From: Bacteroidales bacterium
GTDB lineage: Bacteria; Bacteroidota; Bacteroidia; Bacteroidales; FEN-979
DNA: 64,000 bases
Direction of reading: 5' to 3'
NCBI GenBank assembly: GCA_963662525.1
Contig: OY759717.1
Coordinates: 1,608,392 to 1,672,391, forward strand
This document shows, piece after piece, positions 17,433-26,478 of the stretch (positions within the stretch are counted from its first letter, which is position 1; each line of letters starts with the position of its first letter). The translations under genes were made by a program, and so were the position numbers. The notes beneath the pieces are model-generated. The model saw only the letters and a list, made by a program, of their open reading frames with translations. It had not been told where the DNA came from and did not search any database.

Positions 17433-18449
17433 TCACAGACTTAGTTTCAACTTTCGGAAACTCACCATTTCTCTGGCCTCCTCATCCCATAGCCGCAATG
17501 AAAGGGTTGTAAAACTCTGCCATATGGTAAGGGGTTTAATCGCATTAAACAGGGTATTTTCCTGATGGCATCGGGAGAGGTTATAATTTGGGATCATGGG
17601 GCTCAGATGATGAATATGATGGAATCCAATATTTCCTGAAAAATACTGAAGAAGCCGTGGAAGTTTATAATAAGAACTTCCTTCCAGTGCTGTTCTTTGA
17701 TAATCCCAGGATTCATTCCTTGACCAGTATGTTGGCTTGAATTGGTGCTGGACATAAAAAAGCCAGAATCCAAAAATACCGGCAAAAGAGATAACCGGAA
17801 GCTGGATCATCAGGAAAGATTTTACACCCATGAGCAGACACATTACGGTTATAAATACCAGTAGTCCTGCATTCGTAAAATAAACACTCATTCTGCCTTG
17901 TTTATTCATACCCTTTTTAGTGAAACGGTTACCAATAATAAAAACAAATGGTGCACCGATAAGGAACATGGTAATCGGATTTCGGTAGAAGCGATAAACT
18001 GTCTTATTCCAACGCGTCAGTTTCAGATATTCTGTCACCGTAAGTGTCCAAACGTCTCCGATTCCTCTTTTATCAAGATTTCCTGCTGTTTCGTGATGAA
18101 CCTGATGGTTTCTTGACCAATGATTATATGGCGTAAATGTCAGAATCCCGATAAATATGCCCATTGCATTCATAAGTTTTCTGTTTTTCAGAAAAGAACC
18201 ATGTCCGCAATCATGATAAATAATAAACAATCTGACCAGCATACCTGCCGAAAGGAAAGAAAGTCCGAGGGTAATCCAGTAGGAAACCGAAAGGCCTTTA
18301 AACATTAAAAACCAGGAAAGTGCGTACAGTAAAAAATTACTCGAAAATTGCCACCAGCTTTTAACAGGACTGGGATGGTTATATCGTGATATGATTGTTT
18401 TCCATGAGGTTTTTGATGTTTCACGAGCATTACTGGGTGAAGTCATCAT
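17433..18449 (-). CDS. Membrane fatty-acid desaturase (Bacillus Des-like)
   Basis: His boxes HDCGH, HQVHH, HHIHH; GNLDKRG.GD motif; ATG at 18449 preferred over GTG 18494. Confidence 0.9.
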   Translation of the reverse strand: MMTSPSNARETSKTSWKTIISRYNHPSPVKSWWQFSSNFLLYALSWFLMFKGLSVSYWITLGLSFLSAGMLVRLFIIYHDCGHGSFLKNRKLMNAMGIFIGILTFTPYNHWSRNHQVHHETAGNLDKRGIGDVWTLTVTEYLKLTRWNKTVYRFYRNPITMFLIGAPFVFIIGNRFTKKGMNKQGRMSVYFTNAGLLVFITVMCLLMGVKSFLMIQLPVISFAGIFGFWLFYVQHQFKPTYWSRNESWDYQRTALEGSSYYKLPRLLQYFSGNIGFHHIHHLSPMIPNYNLSRCHQENTLFNAIKPLTIWQSFTTLSLRLWDEEAREMVSFRKLKLSL

Positions 18450-18509
18450 GTCATAAAATTTTTTCAAATGTAAAGGTAAAGAATTAATGTTCACGAATTT
18501 GCAAAATGA

Positions 18510-18543
18510 AATAAGGCGGGTCTGTTTCCGGATCCGCCTTATT
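18510..18543 (-). terminator. Intrinsic terminator after tonB
   Basis: AATAAGGCGGATCCG-GAAA-CAGACCCGCCTTATT followed by TCATTTT on the minus strand. Confidence 0.75.
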
Positions 18544-18561
18544 AATGATTATGTACTCCTT

Positions 18562-19344
18562 TTATTGTAACGTAAACTTGATCGGTAAGTTGAACTGTAC
18601 ACGCACGGGGACTCCTCTTTGCTTGCCGGGAACCCATTTGGGCATAGACTTGACAACCCTGATGGCTTCCTCATCGCAGCCACCACCAATCCCACGAAGA
18701 ACACGAACATCGGTAATGGAACCGTCCACTTCAACGACAAAGGTCACGAATACTTTTCCCTGGATGCCAAGTTCCTTGGCTTCTTCGGGATATTTAATAC
18801 TTTCCTGAAGGAAACGAATACGTGCTTCTTCTCCACCGGGGTAGCCAGGTTGTTCTTCCACAACCGTAAAAATTTCAGCCTGCTGAGGTTGTTCAATAAC
18901 CTGGGGTTTTTCGTCTTTCACTTCAACTTCAACATCCTCAGTTGGAACTTCTGTATTTCCTTTTTTATTCAAATCGTCCATGGATGTAAGACCTGTTTCA
19001 ATGGTTGTATCTTCCACAACCACAGGAGCTGTAAATTTAACCTTTTCAACCAAAGCTTCAGGAGGAGGAGGAGGAGGAGGAGGAGGAGGAGCTTCTTCCT
19101 GTTTCATGTTTTCCATGGTTACGCCTACTTCTTTCTCTTTTTCCCTGATCATTTTATTTTTATTGATATAAGCATTGACCAGAGGATAGCCAACCACAAC
19201 GCTCAGCAGTAACAGCCCAAAAAGCATGGAAATGCTCACATACCTCTTGTATTTTTTACGAAGCATGTAGGAACCATATTCCTTGTTCCTGTTCTTGAAA
19301 ACAATTTCCTCCATCGGTTCAACACGATGTTTTTCAATTGCCAT
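18562..19344 (-). CDS. tonB: Energy transducer TonB
   Basis: IVFKNRNKEYGSY.LRKKY, TM, poly-Pro, YPEEAKELGIQGKVFVTFVV..DEEAIRVV. Confidence 0.95.
   Translation of the reverse strand: MAIEKHRVEPMEEIVFKNRNKEYGSYMLRKKYKRYVSISMLFGLLLLSVVVGYPLVNAYINKNKMIREKEKEVGVTMENMKQEEAPPPPPPPPPPEALVEKVKFTAPVVVEDTTIETGLTSMDDLNKKGNTEVPTEDVEVEVKDEKPQVIEQPQQAEIFTVVEEQPGYPGGEEARIRFLQESIKYPEEAKELGIQGKVFVTFVVEVDGSITDVRVLRGIGGGCDEEAIRVVKSMPKWVPGKQRGVPVRVQFNLPIKFTLQ
19060..19089. repeat. (AGG)10 simple repeat encoding ten prolines of TonB (all CCT)
   Basis: Direct reading of the sequence. Confidence 0.9.
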
Positions 19345-19379
19345 ACACTATTATTTTAAAGTGTTAAACACATCATTGA

Positions 19380-20018
19380 TTATTTCGGCGCGGTTTTCAA
19401 CATTTCCAGTTCGATGGGTGAAAGATCAATCACGGCATAACTGGCGATATTGCAAATAGCCATTTCATCGATGATATTCACAATGTCCTTATACTTTGAT
19501 TTTTCGTCAGCCTTGATAAGCACGATTGGCCCTTTACGGTCCTCTTTTTTAAACCTTTTAATGGCATTATCGGCTGTAGTATCAGCAACCACCAGTTTCC
19601 CCGTCAATCGTTGCTCACGGTATTCAGCAATCTTGGTAAAAAGATCTTTATTCCGTAACAACAGTACTTTACGAATACCGTCTTTACTGAAATCTGATTT
19701 GATCAATTCAGGTAAAGGTGGTTTTTTAGGATCTGCCAGGCCTTGATAATAATAGACCTTATCATCGCCCGTAAGGAGAATGTTCAATGTCCTGTTGGCC
19801 GCGATTTGCGGTTTATCCTTTTTATCTTCTGTTTGATCTTTTTCAGGCATGGTGATGACCATGACCTTGGGCTTGCTAAAAGCAGTAGTAAGCATGAAGA
19901 AGGTAATAAGCAGACACATCAGGTCGACCATGGGGGTCATATCGATGCGGGTGCTGTGTTTCTTCGCTTTTCGCTTCCCACCCTTTTTCCCTTTTTCCTC
20001 TTGAATAATTTCACCCAT
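19380..20018 (-). CDS. exbD: Biopolymer transporter ExbD
   Basis: RIDMTPMVDLMCLLITFFMLTT; IKADEKSKY.DIVNIIDEM. Confidence 0.93.
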   Translation of the reverse strand: MGEIIQEEKGKKGGKRKAKKHSTRIDMTPMVDLMCLLITFFMLTTAFSKPKVMVITMPEKDQTEDKKDKPQIAANRTLNILLTGDDKVYYYQGLADPKKPPLPELIKSDFSKDGIRKVLLLRNKDLFTKIAEYREQRLTGKLVVADTTADNAIKRFKKEDRKGPIVLIKADEKSKYKDIVNIIDEMAICNIASYAVIDLSPIELEMLKTAPK

Positions 20019-20054
20019 TTTGGTTTATCTTTTAGGGATTAATAGCCTATTGCC

Positions 20055-20690
20055 TTATTTTGGAAAGTCTTTCATCGTAACTTCTTCTTTCTGAAGATTA
20101 GTTACCAGATTGAACTTATTTACCTTGTTATCCTGCAGCAGGTCCATTACTTTTTTTACGTCAGTATATTTGGTGTCAGCATCCCCTTTGATGGCTACTT
20201 CAGCACTTGTATTTGTCAAACGGGCCAAACGTACCCACCAGGCAAGCTGATTATCAGTAGAGTCCATCGGGATACCAACCTGGAGTTTATCGCGCTCTTT
20301 GGAATCTTTAGCATCGATCCAGGCTTTAACATCTTTGATGGGCATACCAAATGAGGACATTTTACCAAACTTGTCCAGTTCCTTCGGGGTAAAAGTGATT
20401 TTATACTGTTCGCCTATTTTTTCAAGCAATTTTTCCCTGAAGTGAGTAGAAGTGTCTTTCCCATTGTCAATGTTAAAGAAGACTTTCCCTTCCTTTGAGA
20501 TAAAAATTGTCATGATGTCATTATCAGGAGCCTGTTTTTCCGAAACAGATGAAGGGGCTGTTATGGGAGCGGCTTCCTGGGGGCGAAACGACGTGGTTAA
20601 CATGAAAAAAGTAAGCAGCAAGGAAAACAAATCCACCATAGGCGTCATGTCTATGTGCGGAGATCTTGCGGGAGCTTTAATTTTTGGCAT
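20055..20690 (-). CDS. exbD: Biopolymer transporter ExbD
   Basis: HIDMTPMVDLFSLLLTFFMLTT; IKGDADTKY.DVKKVMDLL. Confidence 0.93.
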   Translation of the reverse strand: MPKIKAPARSPHIDMTPMVDLFSLLLTFFMLTTSFRPQEAAPITAPSSVSEKQAPDNDIMTIFISKEGKVFFNIDNGKDTSTHFREKLLEKIGEQYKITFTPKELDKFGKMSSFGMPIKDVKAWIDAKDSKERDKLQVGIPMDSTDNQLAWWVRLARLTNTSAEVAIKGDADTKYTDVKKVMDLLQDNKVNKFNLVTNLQKEEVTMKDFPK

Positions 20691-20706
20691 GGAGTTCTAC
20701 TTTTAA

Positions 20707-21528
20707 TTACTTGGTAGCAGCTGCAAATGATTGAACGAGGCTGAAACCAGCTTCATCAATTTTGTAAGTAAAGTTGTCGATCTGGGTCGAGAAGAAGTTA
20801 TACATCACGATGGCCAGAAGAGAGCCGAAAATACCAAAAGCAGTATTGATAAGGGCTTCGGAAATACCGGTTGCAAGGGCAAGGGCATCAGGAGCACCTG
20901 CTGTGGCAAGGGCGGCGAAGGCCTTGATCATACCAAGAACTGTTCCCATAAGACCAGTCAACACGGAGATTGAAGCAATGGTAGAAAGGATAACCAGGTT
21001 TCTTGAAAGCATGGGAAGTTCGAGGGCCGAAGCTTCTTCGAATTCTTTCTGCAGTGCCAGGATTTTCTGATCCTTCACCAGGTGGGTATCATGCTGTAAG
21101 GTACGATAACGGAGAAGACCAGCTTTCATTACATTGGCCAGTGAACCACGTTGCTTATCGCAAGCTGCCACGGCATCTTCAATTTTATCAGAATCCAGCG
21201 AGTTTTGAAGAGCCTTGACAAATACATTGATTCTGCCTTTTCCCTTGGCACGGGTCAATGTAATAGCTCTTTCTACCGAAAAGATAACGACCAGTAGATT
21301 GAGTCCGATCAGGAACGGAACAATTGAACCGCCTTTGTAGATAACCCCTAATAAATTGCCTTCAAGGGGAGAGCCGGCAGGGTTTCCACCTTCAAAGTTA
21401 ACCGGATTTCCAAAGATAAATTTGTAAACCAGGAACCCTGTGAGGAAAGCCACAACGATCGCTAAAACGGTGAATGTTGACTGTAAAGCGGCACCCATGG
21501 ATCCGCCTTTGCTATTTTTCTTGCTCAT
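20707..21528 (-). CDS. exbB: MotA/TolQ/ExbB proton channel
   Basis: GLMGTVLGMIKAF, GISEALINTAFGI. Confidence 0.95.
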   Translation of the reverse strand: MSKKNSKGGSMGAALQSTFTVLAIVVAFLTGFLVYKFIFGNPVNFEGGNPAGSPLEGNLLGVIYKGGSIVPFLIGLNLLVVIFSVERAITLTRAKGKGRINVFVKALQNSLDSDKIEDAVAACDKQRGSLANVMKAGLLRYRTLQHDTHLVKDQKILALQKEFEEASALELPMLSRNLVILSTIASISVLTGLMGTVLGMIKAFAALATAGAPDALALATGISEALINTAFGIFGSLLAIVMYNFFSTQIDNFTYKIDEAGFSLVQSFAAATK

Positions 21529-21591
21529 CGTAATGAAATTTAAGGTTGAAAAATGATTAGTTTAGTTGATTTCTTATTTGAATTTGACCGA

Positions 21592-21599
21592 CAAAAATA
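21592..21599 (-). promoter_or_regulatory. -7 promoter element upstream of exbB
   Basis: TATTTTTG on minus strand. Confidence 0.5.
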
Positions 21600-21629
21600 T
21601 AAAATTATCTCGTTAAAACAAAGAACATC

Positions 21630-23324
21630 TTAATTCATGAACTTTTTAAGGTTATCGATGATTTGTTTCGCTTTCATGGCTTTATCATCATTCGGATCAA
21701 TGGCAATGACCAAATTACTGTATTCAATGGCTTTAAGGGCAAAATCCTTGATCTTTGTCTGACTGTACTGTAAAAAGTTATAATAGGCTAAAAAATAATA
21801 AGACTCTATCCGGTCTTTGGCATATTTAACGGTATCTACCACTGTTTTTCCCAGGATAGTCTCATAAATGGGCTTGGCTAATCCCATTTTACTGTCGGGA
21901 TCAAGATTTGATTTTGCCCTCGCCCTCCAGGTCCAGCCGGCTATGTAATCAGGCTGCAGGGTATTGAAAACAGCAAGGTTCGTATCCGCCTTGATATAAT
22001 CCTGGAGACTGTAGTAAACTTTTCCAAGGTTATAATAGTCCATGGCTCCTCCTTTGCTCATGCTAATTTTGAGTTCATACAGTTCTCTTGCTTTGTCGTA
22101 CTTTTTCACTTTTGTCCAGCACAGGGCTGCTTCTGAAATCAGTTCAACCTTAGTGGAATCCAGGGAAAATGCCTTTAGAAGCTGCTCGGGGGCCAGGGAA
22201 TCCATTTTCATTTTTGCCAGGCTCCGGCCATAATAAACATAATCGAGTGAACGGATTTTTGAGGAGTTGGCCTTGATAATAAATTTGCGCATAGAAGCCA
22301 GGGCTTTATCATATTGCTGGGTTTCAAAATAGGAATAAGCCAGCGCCCGGTTAACGTCATTATCAGAGGTATCCACCTTCAGAATTTCCTTAAGCTGCAC
22401 AATCGCCTCGGGATAATCATTAAGCTCAATAAGTGTATTGACAAATTGCTTGCGGGCTGAAGTATTCCGTGAAAGTTCAAGGAATTTGTAGAAGTTCTTC
22501 TTGGCTTCTTCCTGACGGCCGGCACGGGCAAGCAGTGAACCCAGTTCGCGGTAAGCAGGCGCAAAGGTCGAATCAATTTTAACCACATCCTGATAATAAG
22601 TCAATGCGTCCTTATAATTGCGGGCACGCATCCAGAGTTGTCCGATACGGAGTTTGGCCTGGGGCGACTTGGGATCCAGTCCCTGGGCATAATTATAATT
22701 AGAAATTGCCCTGGAGCCATCATTTAACAGGAGGATATAAACATCTCCTTTGACGATAAATAATTCCGGACTTTTAGCGTCCAGTTTCTCAGCAGCTCTC
22801 AACAATGCAAAAACCTGAGCGGTATCCTTTACCCTTGCAACCGTATAGGCTTCAGACATCTGCACCAGAACCGAGGATTGCTTTTCAGGTGCCATCTGAA
22901 TGGTTTTATTGGCTTTCGATGGTAAGAGGGCTGTGGCTTTGGAAAAATATTCCTGGGCTTTGGGGATTTCCTTCCTGATCAGGGATAATCCTCCCAGTCC
23001 GACAAAATTCAAAGGGTTTGAAGGATCCTGTCTGATCCCCAGTTCATATATTGCTTTGGCGGAATCCGCTTTTTCATCAAAGGAAACATTCAGGGTGTCG
23101 GAATAATATTTGTCCAGACAATTCTGCCCGTAATAATAATACAGATCGCCATTCCCGGGTGTTTGCTGGATAAGCTTTTTAAACATACTGGCTGCAGCCG
23201 AAAACTGCTCGCTTTTTGTCAATTTGATGGCCGATTGCAAATCCTGTCCACGACTGATGCTGCCTGACGTAAAAAAAGCAAGTACAGTTAAAGCCACAGT
23301 TATTTTTTTTGAAACATTTAGCAT
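21630..23324 (-). CDS. Exported tetratricopeptide-repeat protein
   Basis: Signal peptide from MLNVSKK (alternative start 23360); many helical TPR-like repeats (FAPAYRELG, DYYNLGKVYY). Confidence 0.88.
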   Translation of the reverse strand: MLNVSKKITVALTVLAFFTSGSISRGQDLQSAIKLTKSEQFSAAASMFKKLIQQTPGNGDLYYYYGQNCLDKYYSDTLNVSFDEKADSAKAIYELGIRQDPSNPLNFVGLGGLSLIRKEIPKAQEYFSKATALLPSKANKTIQMAPEKQSSVLVQMSEAYTVARVKDTAQVFALLRAAEKLDAKSPELFIVKGDVYILLLNDGSRAISNYNYAQGLDPKSPQAKLRIGQLWMRARNYKDALTYYQDVVKIDSTFAPAYRELGSLLARAGRQEEAKKNFYKFLELSRNTSARKQFVNTLIELNDYPEAIVQLKEILKVDTSDNDVNRALAYSYFETQQYDKALASMRKFIIKANSSKIRSLDYVYYGRSLAKMKMDSLAPEQLLKAFSLDSTKVELISEAALCWTKVKKYDKARELYELKISMSKGGAMDYYNLGKVYYSLQDYIKADTNLAVFNTLQPDYIAGWTWRARAKSNLDPDSKMGLAKPIYETILGKTVVDTVKYAKDRIESYYFLAYYNFLQYSQTKIKDFALKAIEYSNLVIAIDPNDDKAMKAKQIIDNLKKFMN

Positions 23325-23343
23325 ATTAATATCTCCTAGGTTT

Positions 23344-24303
23344 TTATTTTCTGATTTCAACGAGTCTTACAGGCATTGCGGCAGGAACCAATCCTGAATG
23401 CAGAACAATCATTTGTCCTTTTTCTCCTGCAATAAAAGATGAAAAGCCAAATGCCATTCCCTTATAGGGCTGACGATTTATACAATAAACTTCACGGATA
23501 AAGGGATAAGATCCTTCGGCAATATAGCCCGGGAAAGGACGGTAAAATTTGGTGCCCGGATTATTGTCTCCTTCAATGGCAATTCCGGCCACTTTAATTC
23601 TCTGAAGAAATTTATTGGAAACGGTATCCTGTTTGTCGCTGATCCAGTTGACACTGATAATCCCTATTGCCCCTTTGTTTTTTTCAACATAATTGATCAC
23701 CTCGGCATTGTCCTTCGCCGCAAAGCAATTATGCGGGAAGGAATCGATGGCGAATTTTTCCTTGAAATAGCGGGGATTCCCAGAATTAAGATTGTCGAAT
23801 ACCACCATAATTTCTTTTAAATCCGATGTTGGATCCATTTGTTTCCATTGGGTGACCTTCCCGAGTAAAATATCCCTGACCTGTTCGTAAAACAAGGTGG
23901 TGTCAGTGTTTTCCCTGTTTACAATCAGGGCAAGTGCGTCCTTGGCAATGACAGTAGTTCTGGCCACATACTGGATGGAGTTAAGATACTTTTCCTGTTT
24001 TTCAGTCAGCTTTCGGTTAACAATAATCAAAGGCATCGAATCATTGATGAAATCATTGATAACATCCACTTCACCTTTATAAACCGGATTGATGTGGGCA
24101 TGGATGTATAGCGATTCGAAGGTATAAATTTCAGCTTCAAGCAAGAGGCGATAAGAATCATCGATGCCAACTCGGATGCTGCCGGCTGTGGGTGTGTCCA
24201 TTTCCTTTTGTCCTGAATTACCTCCGCAGGAAGTTAAAAGAATGAAAAAAATAAAACCCGCAATCAGAAAAAAACAATATGTGAATTTTAAGTACTTCTT
24301 CAT
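23344..24303 (-). CDS. PstS-like periplasmic binding lipoprotein
   Basis: Lipobox LTSC; DTPTAGSIRVGIDDSY, DALALIVN, GSYPFIREVY. Confidence 0.85.
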   Translation of the reverse strand: MKKYLKFTYCFFLIAGFIFFILLTSCGGNSGQKEMDTPTAGSIRVGIDDSYRLLLEAEIYTFESLYIHAHINPVYKGEVDVINDFINDSMPLIIVNRKLTEKQEKYLNSIQYVARTTVIAKDALALIVNRENTDTTLFYEQVRDILLGKVTQWKQMDPTSDLKEIMVVFDNLNSGNPRYFKEKFAIDSFPHNCFAAKDNAEVINYVEKNKGAIGIISVNWISDKQDTVSNKFLQRIKVAGIAIEGDNNPGTKFYRPFPGYIAEGSYPFIREVYCINRQPYKGMAFGFSSFIAGEKGQMIVLHSGLVPAAMPVRLVEIRK

Positions 24304-24344
24304 TGCTTATTAATTATAAATCAGTCTTTTCATTAAAAAGAACA

Positions 24345-24352
24345 CAAATTTA
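24345..24352 (-). promoter_or_regulatory. -7 promoter element upstream of the PstS-like gene
   Basis: TAAATTTG on minus strand. Confidence 0.5.
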
Positions 24353-24428
24353 TTAATTTTATTATTGGACTTGATTTTTTTTGAGATAAAAGTACACGGA
24401 AAAGATTGATTTGTCAAGGAGAAATCGA

Positions 24429-24626
24429 CTACTCCTCATCTTTTTCCCTGTTTTTAGTCCAAATCCTCGCCAAACGGAATCCTCCGTACAAAAAAAGGAA
24501 GATGGCAAAGATTATTTTAATCTCCCTGGTCAAATATTGAAACCTTGGACTGACGAAAATAAAAATCCCCAAGGAGAAATAAAGAAGAATAACAAAATAG
24601 GAGAAATATTTACCGAATTTCTGCAT
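24429..24626 (-). CDS. Small two-TM membrane protein
   Basis: Two hydrophobic helices, YGGFRLAR motif, charged tail; co-oriented with neighbours. Confidence 0.65.
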   Translation of the reverse strand: MQKFGKYFSYFVILLYFSLGIFIFVSPRFQYLTREIKIIFAIFLFLYGGFRLARIWTKNREKDEE

Positions 24627-24632
24627 GACATT

Positions 24633-24962
24633 TTACCGCTGAACCTTCCAATACGGGAGTTCCCATTGATCAGACCATTGATTCCAGAATGCCTGACTGA
24701 CAACTTTCCCGTCTTTGCGAAACAGCTTTTTTTGAAAAACAACGATCATAGGGTTAAATAGGATATTGGTTGTGCCCATCCTGTAAGTTTCCAGCATCGA
24801 ACCATCTTTTGCCTTTTCCTGCTCTGATTTAACCGTATAGCCATTAAATTCCATAAGCTCTTTCAGGAAATTCAATCGGTTCGGGCTCAGCCCTGTTTCC
24901 ACCATACTGCAGCGGGTTCCTTCGATTTCAGCAATACTGTGTTTTCCTTTTGTCAGTGCCAT
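24633..24962 (-). CDS. Hypothetical soluble protein immediately downstream of nuoN
   Basis: 109-aa ATG ORF filling the gap, protein-like composition, no recognised domain. Confidence 0.7.
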   Translation of the reverse strand: MALTKGKHSIAEIEGTRCSMVETGLSPNRLNFLKELMEFNGYTVKSEQEKAKDGSMLETYRMGTTNILFNPMIVVFQKKLFRKDGKVVSQAFWNQWSDQWELPYWKVQR

Positions 24963-24988
24963 ATCAAGATAATTTATCCGTTCCTTAG

Positions 24989-25020
24989 TCCCTGCCTAAA
25001 GGGAGGGGTCTGGGGTGGGT
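24989..25020. repeat. GC-rich CCC...GGGAGGGG palindromic element after the nuoN stop
   Basis: TCCCTGCCTAAAGGGAGGGGTCTGGGGTGGGT; resembles elements at 45102, 52501, 60977 and 62690. Confidence 0.5.
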
Positions 25021-25021
25021 T

Positions 25022-26431
25022 TTAAAACAATCCGTAACTCAGATTCAGAATCATTTCATAAATCGGACTTGCAAAACCGATGATGACCATACCGGCAATA
25101 CAAAGAAGAAGTCCAAGACGGGTATATCCATCGCTTTTAAAATAAGCAATGGGACGATCGCTGTTGTTCAGCAGCATGGCTTTGATTACCAGCAAATAGT
25201 AATACAATGAAATAATAGTGTTTACCAAAGCAATCAGCACCAGGATGTACATCCCCTGTTTGGCGGCGGCGGTGAAGAGAAAGAACTTTCCGAAAAATCC
25301 GGCAAGCGGCGGGATTCCTGCAAGAGAGAACAAGGCAATCATCATGACCAGGCTGAGATTGGGATTCGTACGGTAAAGACCATCATAATCATTGATGTTT
25401 TCTTTTCCGGTGCGGTTTGAGATGATGGCAACCACACCAAAGGCTCCCAGGTTACTGAAAATATAAACGAGTACAAAATAAATCACGGTTGTCATCCCCA
25501 GCTGGCTTTGGCCAATAATACCCAATAAAATGAATCCTGCCTGGGCGATGGATGAAAATGCAAGGAATCGTTTCAGGTTCTGCTGACGCATGGCGAAAAG
25601 ATTACCCAGTGTGATTGTCAGGATAGTGATGATATAGATCACCTCACTCCAGAGGACGGCGATCTTGGCAAATACCGTGTACAGGATAATCGTAAAGATA
25701 AAGGCTGCTGCACCCTTGGAAATGACAGATAAATAGGAGGCCACGTTGACAGGAGCTCCTTCATAGACATCGGCAGTCCAGAGATGGAATGGAACCAGAG
25801 ATAGTTTGAAAGCCATGCCCGCAAAGAAAAAGATAAAGGCAAGCACCTGCAGTGGAGCGCCGGTAATGGCCGGAGCCACCTCTTCAAAATACATGGTTCC
25901 ACAAGTGCCGTAGATCATGGATAAACCATACAGCAGGATGCCTGATGACAAGGCGGAAGTGAAGATAAACTTGACGCCTGCTTCAGCTGATTTTTCCTTG
26001 TACCTTTCATATGCAGCCAAAGCGGCTATGGGAATGGTCGCCAGCTCAAGCCCCAGGTAAAACATCAGGAAATCGCCTGCAGAGATCATATAATTCATCC
26101 CTATGAGGGTGGAAAGCATAAGCAAAAAATATTCGCTGACCTTTTCCTTGTTTTCATCCTTTTTCAGCCAATCAACCGATTGAATAAAAACAATTAATAC
26201 CCCAACATTCAGAATATTTTTAAGCATCAGTGTCAACAGGGTCGTTTTATACATCCCCCCGAATAGAATTCCGCTTTCTGCAGGAAAAAACCCGATCACG
26301 GTAACTATTGCCATAAGCAGAATGGCCGGTAAAATGATCTTGTGTTTCCGGTCGGCCGGCAGGAAAATTTCGACAATCAATAAGATTACCGTGATTGCAA
26401 CCAGCAGTAATTCATGTCTCATGATCAGCAT
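25022..26431 (-). CDS. nuoN: NADH-quinone oxidoreductase subunit N
   Basis: SAEAGVKF, FKLSLVPFHLWTADVYEGAP, FSLAGIPPLAGFFGKF. Confidence 0.96.
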   Translation of the reverse strand: MLIMRHELLLVAITVILLIVEIFLPADRKHKIILPAILLMAIVTVIGFFPAESGILFGGMYKTTLLTLMLKNILNVGVLIVFIQSVDWLKKDENKEKVSEYFLLMLSTLIGMNYMISAGDFLMFYLGLELATIPIAALAAYERYKEKSAEAGVKFIFTSALSSGILLYGLSMIYGTCGTMYFEEVAPAITGAPLQVLAFIFFFAGMAFKLSLVPFHLWTADVYEGAPVNVASYLSVISKGAAAFIFTIILYTVFAKIAVLWSEVIYIITILTITLGNLFAMRQQNLKRFLAFSSIAQAGFILLGIIGQSQLGMTTVIYFVLVYIFSNLGAFGVVAIISNRTGKENINDYDGLYRTNPNLSLVMMIALFSLAGIPPLAGFFGKFFLFTAAAKQGMYILVLIALVNTIISLYYYLLVIKAMLLNNSDRPIAYFKSDGYTRLGLLLCIAGMVIIGFASPIYEMILNLSYGLF

Positions 26432-26478
26432 CGTTCAGAATTTTAATAATTCGTAATTCGTAAATCTAAGCTTGTCAA

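Noticed and set aside
23344-24303. Canonical pst phosphate-uptake operon
   Set aside because: No pstC, pstA, pstB or phoU nearby
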